Of a DNA stretch of 64,000 bases, positions 41,176 through 50,949 are shown piece after piece (position 1 is the stretch's first letter; every line of letters begins with the position of its first letter). Origin of the DNA: Dehalococcoidia bacterium (GTDB lineage Bacteria; Chloroflexota; Dehalococcoidia; Plut-88900); contig OZ240219.1 of assembly GCA_965197645.1 (NCBI GenBank), positions 3,040,001-3,104,000 of the forward strand, read 5' to 3'. The position numbers and the translations under genes are program-made. The notes beneath the pieces are model-generated. The model did not search any database. It worked only from the letters and a program-made list of their open reading frames with translations, and was not told where the DNA came from.

Positions 41176-41635
41176 GCGCGCTAGATCGTGAGACGTCCCC
41201 CATTGCCACCCATCTTGAATGCGGAGGTCAATGCGTAACTCTGAATCTCAGAAGTCGTCACATCCGGCAGGTTGGCTAGTTCCTCAACGAGGCGGTTACG
41301 GATGAGTTGGATGTCCACTAATGGCCTCTAACGCGTGGAGTATCAGTCCGACGGTTCTCAACGCGAACCTACTGACGACAGGGACCCGGATGCATTATGG
41401 TACCGTCGGCGGGAGAGTCTCCAATCGTGAGGTTGGAGCATCAATCGGTTTCCTATCGGCAACCTTCTTGGATGTTGATGCCCTCCCGCCTCTACTTGTG
41501 CATCTCGCAGAACCATCCACCCAAGGTCTGCTGGCTACAGACCAAACGCCACCCTGACATCAGTACTCACCTACTTTGGGTTGGGCCGCGACAGGGAAGA
41601 TGTCAAACTGATGCACTACCCCCGGAGCGTAGGTA

Positions 41636-41664
41636 TTGACAAGTGACATTTGATAAAATAACCT
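41636..41664 (+). promoter_or_regulatory. putative sigma70 promoter of the higB operon
   Basis: TTGACA-17 nt-TAACCT. Confidence 0.5.
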
Positions 41665-41715
41665 GTTCGGTAACTCCTTATCCCGATATCAGATTTACGG
41701 ATTGGGTAATCGCCA

Positions 41716-42066
41716 GTGGATGTAATGGACGACAAAATAAAGAGAACCATAGCGGACCCGAAGAAGTGCGTTAAGCGATACGGAATCCAGATGGCCAAAA
41801 AGTTGAGGCTTAGACTCGACGCTCTTGAGGCCGCCGAGTCGTTGGCAGATTTCTGGCCTCCTTATTCCGGACCCGAGCGATGTCATGAACTGAAGGGTAA
41901 ACTTTCTGGCAGTTTCTCCATGGACGGCAAGCATCCATACAGACTCTTGTTTAGGCCAACAGGTGATGCTAGTAGTTTATCGGAGTTAGATCGTCGTAGT
42001 GGCAAAGACTACTGGACAGCCATACAGGCCGTAATGCTTATAAAGATTGAGGATACCCATGACTGA
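41716..42066 (+). CDS. higB: HigB/RelE-like toxin (plasmid maintenance killer type)
   Basis: YGIQMAKKLRLRLDALEAA..PERCHELKGKLSGSFSMD..HPYRLLF..IEDTH. Confidence 0.8.
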   Translation: MDVMDDKIKRTIADPKKCVKRYGIQMAKKLRLRLDALEAAESLADFWPPYSGPERCHELKGKLSGSFSMDGKHPYRLLFRPTGDASSLSELDRRSGKDYWTAIQAVMLIKIEDTHD

Positions 42067-43183
42067 GCAGCCCAGTCCAATGGAAACAACTCGATACCAC
42101 CCCGGCACGATGGTTTCTGAATACTTGGAGTTCAATGCATGGACTCAGCGCGAATTAGCCCGGCGCACTGGTTTGACTCCCAAGACTGTAAATGAAATCT
42201 GTAATGGCAAGGCTCGCATTTCTCCCACGACTGCGCTCGTATTCGAAAGAGTGTTTCACAGGCCCGCGCATTTTTGGCTTAACCTTCAAACCAAATATGA
42301 TGAGATAGAAGCCCGTCAATTGGCCATGGACAACTTGGTGAGTTGGAGAGAATGGGCAAACAGGTTCCCTATTGCTGAAATGAAACGATTTAGGTTTTTG
42401 GATGTGCCGTCGGAAGATGAGCCCTCGGTAACGAGTGCACTTCTTTCTTTTTTGGGAGTCTCGTCTCCGGAGAGCTGGCAATCGGTATGGACGACCTCCC
42501 CAATTGCCTACCGTCAAACTCTGAGGCAGATGACCTCTAAGGAGGCAGTTTCTGCATGGCTACGCGCTACAGAATTGGAAGCCAACAAAGTATCTACTGC
42601 TCCGTTTGCCGAACACAAGCTTAGATTGGCGATTCCTGAGTTACGCAGACAGACGAAGGAGGGACCTGAAGTATTTGTACCTGAACTACAAAGGCTATGT
42701 GCACCTGCAGGAGTTGCTGTAGTTTGGATACCGGAACTTCCACAAACCGGAATAAGCGGATGCTCGAGATGGCTTACAAGTCATCGAGCTCTCATTGCGC
42801 TCACCCTAAGGTACAAGACGGATGATCAAATGTGGTTTACATTTTTTCATGAGTTGGGGCACATTCTATTGCATAGACAGCGACATATGCTCATCTTGGA
42901 TAATGCGAGCGAAGATCTTCTAGACAGAACTATCGACCCTGAGATGCAGCAAATTGAAGAAGAAGCCAGTCGCTTTGCTGCAGACACATTGATTCCCCCG
43001 GAATCATTATCCCAGTTCATTAAGCGAAAGGTCTTCACGAATGCTTCCATCAAGGCGTTCGCTGATGCGCTTACCATTGGCCCAGGAATAGTGGTAGGCA
43101 GACTGCAGCACGAGGGGGTTCTTGAGCATTTCCAAGGGAACAAACTCAAGCGGAGTTTGCATTGGGCAGGGTTGGATGAATAG
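42059..43183 (+). CDS. higA: HigA-type XRE HTH fused to ImmA/IrrE metallopeptidase
   Basis: HPG..WTQRELARRTG..FWLNLQ; WFTFFHELGHILLH; EEEASRFA. Confidence 0.88.
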   Translation: MTEQPSPMETTRYHPGTMVSEYLEFNAWTQRELARRTGLTPKTVNEICNGKARISPTTALVFERVFHRPAHFWLNLQTKYDEIEARQLAMDNLVSWREWANRFPIAEMKRFRFLDVPSEDEPSVTSALLSFLGVSSPESWQSVWTTSPIAYRQTLRQMTSKEAVSAWLRATELEANKVSTAPFAEHKLRLAIPELRRQTKEGPEVFVPELQRLCAPAGVAVVWIPELPQTGISGCSRWLTSHRALIALTLRYKTDDQMWFTFFHELGHILLHRQRHMLILDNASEDLLDRTIDPEMQQIEEEASRFAADTLIPPESLSQFIKRKVFTNASIKAFADALTIGPGIVVGRLQHEGVLEHFQGNKLKRSLHWAGLDE

Positions 43184-43793
43184 GAGTCAAACTATGGAAC
43201 ACAAGGGCTACATATATATCACTTCAACCGGATACGATCCTGAGCATGGCAAAGATGTTGAGGACCCTTACCTAGGTAATAGTCCGACCCTTGGGGCATG
43301 CATGACGAACATCCGCGATCGAGTCGTTCCCGGGGACCACATTTTTGTGGTGTCGGGGAAAGTCCGACAAGATTCACAACTCGTACTCGGGGGCTTTGAA
43401 GTAGCGGAAAAGCTCTCTTCAATGCTTGAGGCCTATGACCGATTTCCCGAACTTCGACTGCATTATGAAAGCGACGGTCAAAGGCGGGGAAACATAGTAA
43501 TTGACGCTGACGGAAACCAACATCCTCTCGATTCCCACAATCCCGATACATTCAACAGGCGGATCAAGAATTATGTCGTCGGCAAGAACCTGATCGCATT
43601 AAGGTCTAAGGAAGAGATCGCACTGGGACGTCGAGAAACCCTCCCAGTCTTGCGAAGTGTCTTGGGCAGAGAAGGTGATAGGCCGATAAAGGTCATTGGT
43701 CGCTGGAGCAAACTGAGCACAGGTCAAATTGTTGTGCTGCGTGACTGGCTTGAAGACCTTAAGGTGAGAGCGGATTTGGGTAGGACGGCATGA
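43176..43793 (+). CDS. Nmad2-like (nucleotide modification-associated domain 2) protein
   Basis: DPYLGNSPTLGACMTNIR..PGDHIFVVSG..FEVAEKL..RRGNI..HN. Confidence 0.65.
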   Translation: MNRSQTMEHKGYIYITSTGYDPEHGKDVEDPYLGNSPTLGACMTNIRDRVVPGDHIFVVSGKVRQDSQLVLGGFEVAEKLSSMLEAYDRFPELRLHYESDGQRRGNIVIDADGNQHPLDSHNPDTFNRRIKNYVVGKNLIALRSKEEIALGRRETLPVLRSVLGREGDRPIKVIGRWSKLSTGQIVVLRDWLEDLKVRADLGRTA

Positions 43794-44686
43794 ACGCCAA
43801 TTATGTCCTAGACATGAAAGAATGGGGATCGGGAAGCGTTGCTTTGTGGGGAGCAGTGAGGCCGGTATTTGACACAGCTGGCCAACCTATAGATGAGGGG
43901 GTGCACGTTCATGCTCGCTATTCGATTGGGGCCGAAAAAGAGGTCGACAACAATTTTGATCAGGTGGTAATCAAGAATTGGAAGGAGAACGAGAAGCCAT
44001 TAACCGTAACTGCACGGGCTGCCATTCATTATATGGTAGCTGCAGTCTTTAAACTGCAAATCAAGCGCATTCGGTGCCCTGCTTGCAAAAAACTTCACTT
44101 GGATCAGGGATGGTACAGTGTCAACCCTCATCAAAAGCACCTCTGTGGGAACTGTCAGCTGGTCTTTTTCGACGTAAGGGATGGAATAGGGAATCCTCTT
44201 GCGGAAATCGAAATACCACCTGACGCATTAGTTGCTCAACCGACACCTGTCGACCCGTTGGTATGCCGGCAGAAAGATTTCCCGGGAGGAATGCAAGTAT
44301 GGGGCACTAATCCTGCAATATTTTGGAAGAACCAAGAACGCGGACACACTGGTGTTCATGTTCACGCTTTCGATAAACACGGGAAATTTGCATTTGATGA
44401 AACTGTGCCTTCACTCAAAATTGATGGGATCTCTCTAGACGAGGACATGGTCCGCACATACATGGCGCAGTCTGTAGTTCCCCGCTTGCTCCAGAGGGTG
44501 CGCTTTATGAAATGTCTCAATTGCGGTCTTGACCATTTCGACAGCGGTTCTTTAGCGCACACACCCCACAGAGTCCACCGCTGCGATCATTGTCACAGCA
44601 AATTTGAGCACGCAGATGGGTCTGATTCCATCGGAAACCCTCTGGTCAATTCTATTGCTCGCCTCAAGCCTATGCGTCGTGACTGA
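43790..44686 (+). CDS. uncharacterised protein with two tandem GVHVH + zinc-ribbon repeats
   Basis: Each repeat reads WG..GVHVHA..CxxCxxxHxD..PHxxHxCxxC..IGNPL; ATGA overlap with the upstream gene. Confidence 0.8.
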   Translation: MNANYVLDMKEWGSGSVALWGAVRPVFDTAGQPIDEGVHVHARYSIGAEKEVDNNFDQVVIKNWKENEKPLTVTARAAIHYMVAAVFKLQIKRIRCPACKKLHLDQGWYSVNPHQKHLCGNCQLVFFDVRDGIGNPLAEIEIPPDALVAQPTPVDPLVCRQKDFPGGMQVWGTNPAIFWKNQERGHTGVHVHAFDKHGKFAFDETVPSLKIDGISLDEDMVRTYMAQSVVPRLLQRVRFMKCLNCGLDHFDSGSLAHTPHRVHRCDHCHSKFEHADGSDSIGNPLVNSIARLKPMRRD

Positions 44687-44916
44687 TAGCTCTTCCCTTA
44701 ACCGTTAATCACCCAAGATTGATCCAAGCAAGTTTTTCCAAGCACGTCCTCCCCGCGCTGACACCCGATCAACTCCGTTACCATCCTGCCTCGAGACGTA
44801 ATCTACGGGGAAGGGTTCGTAGATCAGCCTGGGGCGGATTATCCTCCCCCCCTACTTTCCTGGACTAGAACCCGCTGCGATTTCTCCTATACATTGATAC
44901 ATTCACTTACAGGTAC

Positions 44917-45140
44917 ACCTCCCACGGAAAAGTTCGCAATCTAGTACGTACAGGTGTACTAAAGCGGGCTCGAACGTCTAAACGGAATCCTCGAGCCTGT
45001 GCCCGCTAACTAGGTGCGTATCCCAAGCCGGGTCTAGTCACTCCTGCTATGTCTTGGGGCGGGGGGCTCGTACATACCGCGGAGAGTGCCGAGTAAAATC
45101 CCCTTCCGCAATTTGTTGTGGTAAGAATTGTGGGAACGAA
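44917..45140 (+). repeat. island-terminal conserved segment, copy 1, with TGTGG(G/T)AA arm-type repeats
   Basis: Homologous to 63771-64000. Confidence 0.8.
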
Positions 45141-45172
45141 TGGGCAAATGCGGCTGATTTATAGCTAAATTA

Positions 45173-45192
45173 GAATCCCACCCTCTCCGCCA
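45173..45192 (+). other. att site: 3' fragment of tRNA-Ser
   Basis: GAATCCCACCCTCTCCGCCA (T-arm, acceptor strand and CCA), followed about 300 bp later by a P4-like integrase. Confidence 0.75.
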
Positions 45193-45308
45193 TCAACCCT
45201 GCCAACTCTACCTTCTGTCGTTTCTTCCTGCTCCTATTTCGTAGCTAAACGACGCTGATCGATCCCCATTCGTCCCGTATACATCTCCTCTTATTGCACC
45301 TCAAATGT

Positions 45309-45452
45309 GAGCCTGTCTCAGAACCCTGCTTTGAGAGAGTCCAGAGGGAAACTTCCCTCTGGCAGGGGGCCTGGGGGGATGTTCCCCCAGCTACAAAACC
45401 TTCCGAGGGCGGGTGGTTGGGACTAAGACGTCCGTACTTTTGAGACAAGCTC
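45309..45452. mobile_element. MITE, 144 bp
   Basis: TIR GAGCCTGTCTCAGAA / TTTTGAGACAAGCTC; 4-bp ATGT target duplication; internal palindrome CCAGAGGGAA-AC-TTCCCTCTGG. Confidence 0.85.
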
Positions 45453-45485
45453 ATGTGGGAACGTTTCGTTACAGAGGAGAACTGA

Positions 45486-46069
45486 TGGAGCTATCGGCGA
45501 CGCGAGTCCGGGCCCTAAAGAAACCGGGAAGATGCTTCGTAGCTAGGGCCTGAACCTATACATCAGCAAGGCGGGACGGAAGTTATGGGTCCTGCGAATT
45601 ACCATCGAAGGACGACGGTGTGATATTGGGCTGGGAGGATATCCATCGGTAAGCCTGGCCAGAGCTCGCGAGAAGGCATCGCAAGACCGGGCCGCCGTTG
45701 CTAACGGCCGCGATCCCGTAGCAGAGAAGCACGCTCCTCCTATGCCGACTTTCGAGGAAGCTGCCCCCACAGTACATGAGGAGAACAAACCCCGCTGGCG
45801 AAACGCTAGACATATAGCCAACTGGATGCAGACGCTGGAGCGTCACGGTATGCCAAAGCTCGGCAACACATCGCTGGACAGTATAGACCGGGGCGACGTG
45901 CTGGAAGTCCTCAAACGTATCTGGACGTCCAGGCCCGAGACGGCCCGAAGGGTGCGTCAACGGATGAGGACCGTCTTTAGGTGGGCCATGGCTCACGGGT
46001 TCATCGAGACCAACCCGGCAGGGGAAGCCATCGACGGAGCCCTGACGCCCATGCCCAAGGTGAAGGCAC
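45486..46069 (+). pseudogene. P4-like tyrosine integrase, frameshifted and lacking the catalytic domain
   Basis: MELSATRVRALKKPGR; IGLGGYPSVSLARARE; PTFEEAA; PETARRVRQRMRTVFRWA; NPAGEAIDGAL. Confidence 0.88.
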
Positions 46070-46619
46070 TCTTGGCAGCACCGTTCTTGTAGTGCTCTTT
46101 CGGATAATTGACGATCCAGCACTTGTCACGCAAAGCGTAGAACGTAATGCCCTCCACGTATGTGTAGTAGCTGGTGTACGTTCGGTATGTCATACAGACA
46201 ACCACGTCGGCCACCAGCCTCGGCGGGTCTGTCTTCAGCTTGATCGACTTGTTGCCCTGCGACACCAAGCCGCTGCCGAACCCAGCTTCGAGGGCTCTAA
46301 GCGTCTCACGTCGAAAATCATTCCAATTATGGGAGGCCGGCTGGAATGACGAAGCGAGCAGCTCTTGTTCGTATTGAGAGATAGCACTCGCATCGTGGTG
46401 GAAAGCCGAGGTCAGTTCCAACACCACATCCACGTCGCTGTCTCCCCGGATGTTCGTATCGTTCCGGTATGACCCCTGCAAATAGAAGTCGTACGCCATA
46501 CCAGGAGGCCACGGGTGGTCATCCAACACCTGTCGAATAGCCTCATGAGTGCGCTTGGATGAGTCCTGGGGGCCGTGATGGGACCACCCACTAAGCTGAG
46601 ATTCCGGGATCGGCATCAT
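46065..46619 (-). pseudogene. cdnE: CBASS CD-NTase (CdnE-like), C-terminally truncated
   Basis: LQGSYRNDTNIRGDSDVDVV, GNKSIK, ADVV, NYPKEHYKNG, then runs into integrase antisense. Confidence 0.85.
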
Positions 46620-46685
46620 TCCTCCTCAGTGCCATACGTTACCCCTGCAAGCCTAATTCAATAAGTTAACAATTGTTAAGCCGTG

Positions 46686-46714
46686 TTGACATATATTCAA
46701 ACCACTATTACACT
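46686..46714 (+). promoter_or_regulatory. sigma70 promoter of the type I R-M operon
   Basis: TTGACA-17 nt-TACACT, 8 nt before ATG 46723 (short or leaderless transcript). Confidence 0.65.
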
Positions 46715-46722
46715 TTGAATAG

Positions 46723-47337
46723 ATGCCATCAATAGAAATGATCGCAGAAGTCTATCAGGGCCTCGCCCGGGCGGGGCGAGGGGCCGGAACACGGGCAGGT
46801 GACTGGAAGTTGCGGATCGTCGAAAGCAGCGACCTGCGCGATGACGGGTGGCTGGATGTTGATGACCTCCGGGAGGTCGGAGTTGTCCAGGGCGTCCGCA
46901 CCGAGCGGCACTTGCTGCGCCCCTTCGACGTATTGGTGACTGCACGCTCCGGGTCGGTCCAAATCGCGCTTGTGCCTCCCGGCGTGTCAAGGACCGTTGC
47001 GGGGATAACCGTGCTGGTAATGCGACCCAAGGCACCGGAGTCCGGTATGGGCCACTGGCTATGGTATTTCCTAACCTCAGCGTATGGCCGGGAGCAGCTA
47101 GCAAGGCGCGTGACGGTCACCGCCTCCCTCCGCTCTTTGTCGGCCAAGAGCCTGGGAGAGATCGATCTCCCCGTGCCCTCGGACCGAGATCTTGACGCAG
47201 TGGCCCGTTTCATGGAGGCGTCGGAGGCGGCGTATGCTAGGTCTGTCGAGGCGGCACGGCTGCGACGTGAGACCCTGCGTGACTCGATAGTCAACGAGCT
47301 AGGACGAAGGATCGAAACGGCAACCCACGCAAAGTAA
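46723..47337 (+). CDS. single-TRD HsdS-like protein
   Basis: LLRPFDVLVTARSG; WLWYFLTS; LGEIDLPVPS; C-terminal coiled coil. Confidence 0.7.
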   Translation: MPSIEMIAEVYQGLARAGRGAGTRAGDWKLRIVESSDLRDDGWLDVDDLREVGVVQGVRTERHLLRPFDVLVTARSGSVQIALVPPGVSRTVAGITVLVMRPKAPESGMGHWLWYFLTSAYGREQLARRVTVTASLRSLSAKSLGEIDLPVPSDRDLDAVARFMEASEAAYARSVEAARLRRETLRDSIVNELGRRIETATHAK

Positions 47338-47349
47338 AGGAGAAGGCAG

Positions 47350-48879
47350 ATGCCGCTCACCACACAGGAGCTGGAGTCGAAACTATGGCAGGCCGCTGAC
47401 ATCCTGCGTGGACAGATCGATTCCGCCGACTACAAGAACTACATCTTCTCGATCCTCTTTTTGAAGCGGCTGTCTGACCGCTTCGACGAGGAGGTCAAGA
47501 ACGCCTTGGCCTCTGGCGTGGCCAGCGACGTGGCGCTCACCGACCGCGATGAGCACGAGTTCTTCGTTCCCGAGTCAGCACGATGGCCGGCTCTGGCAGG
47601 CGCTTCCATGAACCTCGGCGAGACCCTCAACATCGCCAGCCACTCCATCGAGGATGCCAACACTCCCAGGCTGGACGGCGTGCTATCGGCCACCAACTGG
47701 AATGACGAGTCGAAGCTCGGTAGCCCAGCCAACCGTGAACGCATCATCCGCAGCCTCCTCAACCACTTCAGCGGCCTGGATCTGCGGGACGAGAACCTGC
47801 GAGAGGACGGAGCCGGTGGGAACAACGTCCTCGGCGACGCTTACGAGTATCTGATCAACGAATTCGCCGACGACGCCGGGAAGAAGGGCGGCGAGTTCTA
47901 CACGCCTCGCTCGGTCGTGCGCCTCATCGTCGAGCTGCTCCAGCCCAGTGAGGGTATGCGCATCTGCGACCCCACAGCCGGCTCGGGAGGGATGCTCATA
48001 TACACCGCCCAGTACGTTCTGGAGCAAAGCGGCGACGTTCGCAACCTGGCCCTCCACGGCCAGGAGCGCAACCTGGGCACGCTCGCCATCGGCAAGCTCA
48101 ATCTTCTGCTTCACGGCCTTCGGTCCGCACGCCTTGAGGCCGGGGACATCATCGCAGAGCCGGGCCTGGTCGACATGTCAGGACGGCTCCTTTCATACGA
48201 TCGGGTCATCGCTAATCCTCCCTTTAGCCTCAAGAATTGGGGTCATGAATTTGCGCCCAGCGATCCTCACCACCGCTTCGACCGATACGGGGCCATCCCT
48301 CCCAGAACCAGGGGAGACCTGGCCTTCCTGCTGCATATGCTCAGTGTGACCAACTCCCAGGGCATGGTGGGCGTGGTCATGCCCCACGGGGTACTGTTCC
48401 GCGGCGGCTCGGAGGGTAAGATACGCCGCGGGATCGTCGAAGCCGACCTGTTCGAGGCGGTGATCGGTCTGGCTCCCAATCTCTTCTCCGGCGCCAGCAT
48501 CCCGGTGGCCATCTGCGTACTGAACAGGGCTAAGCCAGTAGAGAAGCGCGGCAAAGTCCTCTTTATCGATGCGGCTCAGCCGGGCTGCTTCCGCCAGGGC
48601 AAGGCCCGGAACTTCCTCGACAAAGAGCATATCGACCGGATCGTCGAGGCGCACAGCGCCTTTCAGGAAGTTGACCGCTTCGCCCATGTCGCCGACCTGG
48701 AGGAGATACAGGCGAACGATTTCAATCTGAACATCAGCCGCTACGTGGACACCACCGAGCCGGTGGAGGTGATGAGCGTCGAGGAAACCTTGGCGCAGCT
48801 GGGGAAGGCCGAGCGGCGTCGAGACGATGCTGTTGCCAAGATGGACGCGCTGCTGGCGGAATTAGGATACGATCGCTAA
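47350..48879 (+). CDS. hsdM: type I R-M methyltransferase subunit
   Basis: LWQAADILRG, GEFYTPR, DPTAGSGG, ANPPF, PHGVLFRG, NLNISRY. Confidence 0.96.
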   Translation: MPLTTQELESKLWQAADILRGQIDSADYKNYIFSILFLKRLSDRFDEEVKNALASGVASDVALTDRDEHEFFVPESARWPALAGASMNLGETLNIASHSIEDANTPRLDGVLSATNWNDESKLGSPANRERIIRSLLNHFSGLDLRDENLREDGAGGNNVLGDAYEYLINEFADDAGKKGGEFYTPRSVVRLIVELLQPSEGMRICDPTAGSGGMLIYTAQYVLEQSGDVRNLALHGQERNLGTLAIGKLNLLLHGLRSARLEAGDIIAEPGLVDMSGRLLSYDRVIANPPFSLKNWGHEFAPSDPHHRFDRYGAIPPRTRGDLAFLLHMLSVTNSQGMVGVVMPHGVLFRGGSEGKIRRGIVEADLFEAVIGLAPNLFSGASIPVAICVLNRAKPVEKRGKVLFIDAAQPGCFRQGKARNFLDKEHIDRIVEAHSAFQEVDRFAHVADLEEIQANDFNLNISRYVDTTEPVEVMSVEETLAQLGKAERRRDDAVAKMDALLAELGYDR

Positions 48880-48892
48880 GGAGTTATGCGAC

Positions 48893-48908
48893 CATAGTCA
48901 TGACCATG
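48893..48908. promoter_or_regulatory. putative TA operator palindrome
   Basis: CATAGTCATGACCATG upstream of the phd-like gene. Confidence 0.4.
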
Positions 48909-48945
48909 ATATTGTTAGAGTATTCCAGAAGGGGGTGTGATGTAG

Positions 48946-49227
48946 ATGGCAATGGACGAGAAAATGGCAACGGGAACCAGGACCATAAAGGCATCCGAGT
49001 TCAAGGCCAAATGCCTGAAGCTAATGGATGAGGTGGCCGAGTCCGGCCGGGAGATTGTCATCACCAAGAACGGCAATCCCACAGCGCGGCTGGTTCCCTT
49101 CCGGGAACGGCCAAAAACACTCTTCGGCATCGACAGGGGCAAGCTGGAGATTCTTGGCGACGTCGTTTCCCCCCTGGACGTCGAGTGGGAAGCCGAGTCG
49201 AATCCTGACAGGGTGCTCAACCCATGA
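48946..49227 (+). CDS. Phd/YefM antitoxin
   Basis: IKASEFKAKCLKLMDEV..IVITKNGNPTARLVP. Confidence 0.92.
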   Translation: MAMDEKMATGTRTIKASEFKAKCLKLMDEVAESGREIVITKNGNPTARLVPFRERPKTLFGIDRGKLEILGDVVSPLDVEWEAESNPDRVLNP

Positions 49228-49622
49228 TTCTGCTGGACACTCATACGGCGCTCTGGCTCAGAGCGGGTGATTCCAGGCTGGGACCCATCGCCCGCGCAGT
49301 AATCCAGCGTGGCTGGGAATCCGACTCAGTTGGCCTGTCCGCAATCTCTTTCTGGGAGATAGCCATGCTGCGGGACAAAGGCCGCATAAGGTATCCCGAA
49401 GACGTGGGCCGGTGGCGGCAGGAACAGCTGGACCAGGGCCTGATCGAGATCCCCGTTGATGGAGAGATAGGACTCCGCGCCTACAGCCTGGCGGCCTTTC
49501 ACGGCGGTCCTGCCGACCGCATCATCGTGAGCACCGCCCTGGGAGGGCATCAGCTGCTGACCGGGGACGACCGTATCATCCGGTGGAACGGCGAGCTCAA
49601 CCGGCTGGACGCGAGGGAGTAG
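49224..49622 (+). CDS. vapC: VapC PIN-domain toxin
   Basis: ILLDTH, SAISFWEI, PADRII, LLTGD. Confidence 0.92.
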   Translation: MILLDTHTALWLRAGDSRLGPIARAVIQRGWESDSVGLSAISFWEIAMLRDKGRIRYPEDVGRWRQEQLDQGLIEIPVDGEIGLRAYSLAAFHGGPADRIIVSTALGGHQLLTGDDRIIRWNGELNRLDARE

Positions 49623-49627
49623 CAAGC

Positions 49628-50938
49628 GTGGAAGGATTGAAGCCGCACAGTCCACAGGTCCCCGACGGCTGGCGGGTCGTCCGCTTAGGAGACAAATGTG
49701 ACTTCATACACGATGGAGATTGGATTGAGTCCAAGGACCAAGGAGGAAGCGATTATCGCCTATTGCAACTATCCAACATCGGCGTCGGTGAATTCATCGA
49801 GACCGGTGATTTTAGATGGATTACGCAGGCTACTTTTGACCGATTGAACTGCACAGAGATTGCCATAGATGACATCCTCACGGCGCGCATGCCAGATCCA
49901 ATAGGTAGAACTTGGTATGTATCCGCTTTGCCCTTACGCGCTATCACTGTGGTCGATATAGCAATTATTCGCACTAATGCAGATGCTTTGCATCCCAAAT
50001 TCCTATCCTATTTTCTCAATTGGGAGAAATGCCTTAGTCTGTTTGGTAGCATGGCTATAGGCACAACACGAAAGCGAATTCGCAGAACTGACATTGAACA
50101 GCTCGAAATCCTCCTCCCGCCCTTGCCGGAGCAGCGAGCCATCGCCGCGGTGTTGGACTCCATCGACGAGGCCATCGAGAGCACCAAGGCCGTCATCGCC
50201 GCCACGGAGCGCCTTCGAGATTCACTACTCCACGAGCTGCTCACCCGCGGCGTCCCCGGCCGGCACACCGAATGGAAGGACGCGCCGGGCGTCGGGACCA
50301 TACCGGCGTGCTGGGACGTGGTGCGGCTGGGGAAGGTGGCGGAGGTGGCTTCCTCACAGGCAGATCCTAGGGAGAATAGATTTCAACGCGCCCTGTTTGT
50401 TGCGCCGGATGACATCGAATCCGGCACAGGTAGATTGATTAGCAGGCGCACCGTTGCCGATGCGGCAGCAATCAGTGGCAAGTATCAGTTCAGCAAAGGG
50501 GACGTTCTCTATTCGAAGATTCGTCCTTACCTCATGAAGGTCTACATCCCGAGAGAGTCTGGTCTGTGCAGCGCAGACATTTATCCGCTAAGACCCAGCG
50601 CGGCTCTTGAACCGAGTTATTTGGCGGCCGTTCTCCTTACCCCACAGTTCGCGGCCTACACACGGACTTGCTCGGATAGGACCGGAATCCCCAAGGTTAA
50701 TCGTGTGGACCTGTTCAAGTATTCCCTATCGCTGCCACCACTTACCGAACAGCAGGTGATCGCCAACCTCTTGGACAGTGTGGACGACGCCATTAGTCGG
50801 GTACGGGAGGAGCGGGATGGCCTGCAAACACTAAAGACTTCCGCCGCGGACGCCCTGCTGACGGGGCGGGTGCGGGTAAGTGAAGACAAAATTTCCTCAC
50901 CCGGAACGCCCATAGATTCGGAATGCCCTGCTCCTTAG
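49628..50938 (+). CDS. hsdS: type I R-M specificity subunit
   Basis: VPDGWRVVRLG; two TRDs; PPLPEQRAIA and PPLTEQQVIA; ALLTGRVRV. Confidence 0.93.
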   Translation: MEGLKPHSPQVPDGWRVVRLGDKCDFIHDGDWIESKDQGGSDYRLLQLSNIGVGEFIETGDFRWITQATFDRLNCTEIAIDDILTARMPDPIGRTWYVSALPLRAITVVDIAIIRTNADALHPKFLSYFLNWEKCLSLFGSMAIGTTRKRIRRTDIEQLEILLPPLPEQRAIAAVLDSIDEAIESTKAVIAATERLRDSLLHELLTRGVPGRHTEWKDAPGVGTIPACWDVVRLGKVAEVASSQADPRENRFQRALFVAPDDIESGTGRLISRRTVADAAAISGKYQFSKGDVLYSKIRPYLMKVYIPRESGLCSADIYPLRPSAALEPSYLAAVLLTPQFAAYTRTCSDRTGIPKVNRVDLFKYSLSLPPLTEQQVIANLLDSVDDAISRVREERDGLQTLKTSAADALLTGRVRVSEDKISSPGTPIDSECPAP

Positions 50939-50949
50939 GTGCTAGATCA

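Noticed and set aside
40567-41340. HEPN/Abi assignment from the RMLNKIIH motif
   Set aside because: A single short motif in an eroded N-terminus is not enough to name a family.
45078-45192. Possible full tRNA-Ser (GGAGAGTGCCGAGT at 45081 plus the 3' end at 45173)
   Set aside because: The intervening sequence gives no convincing anticodon arm or GTTC T-loop; only the 20-bp 3' fragment is supported.
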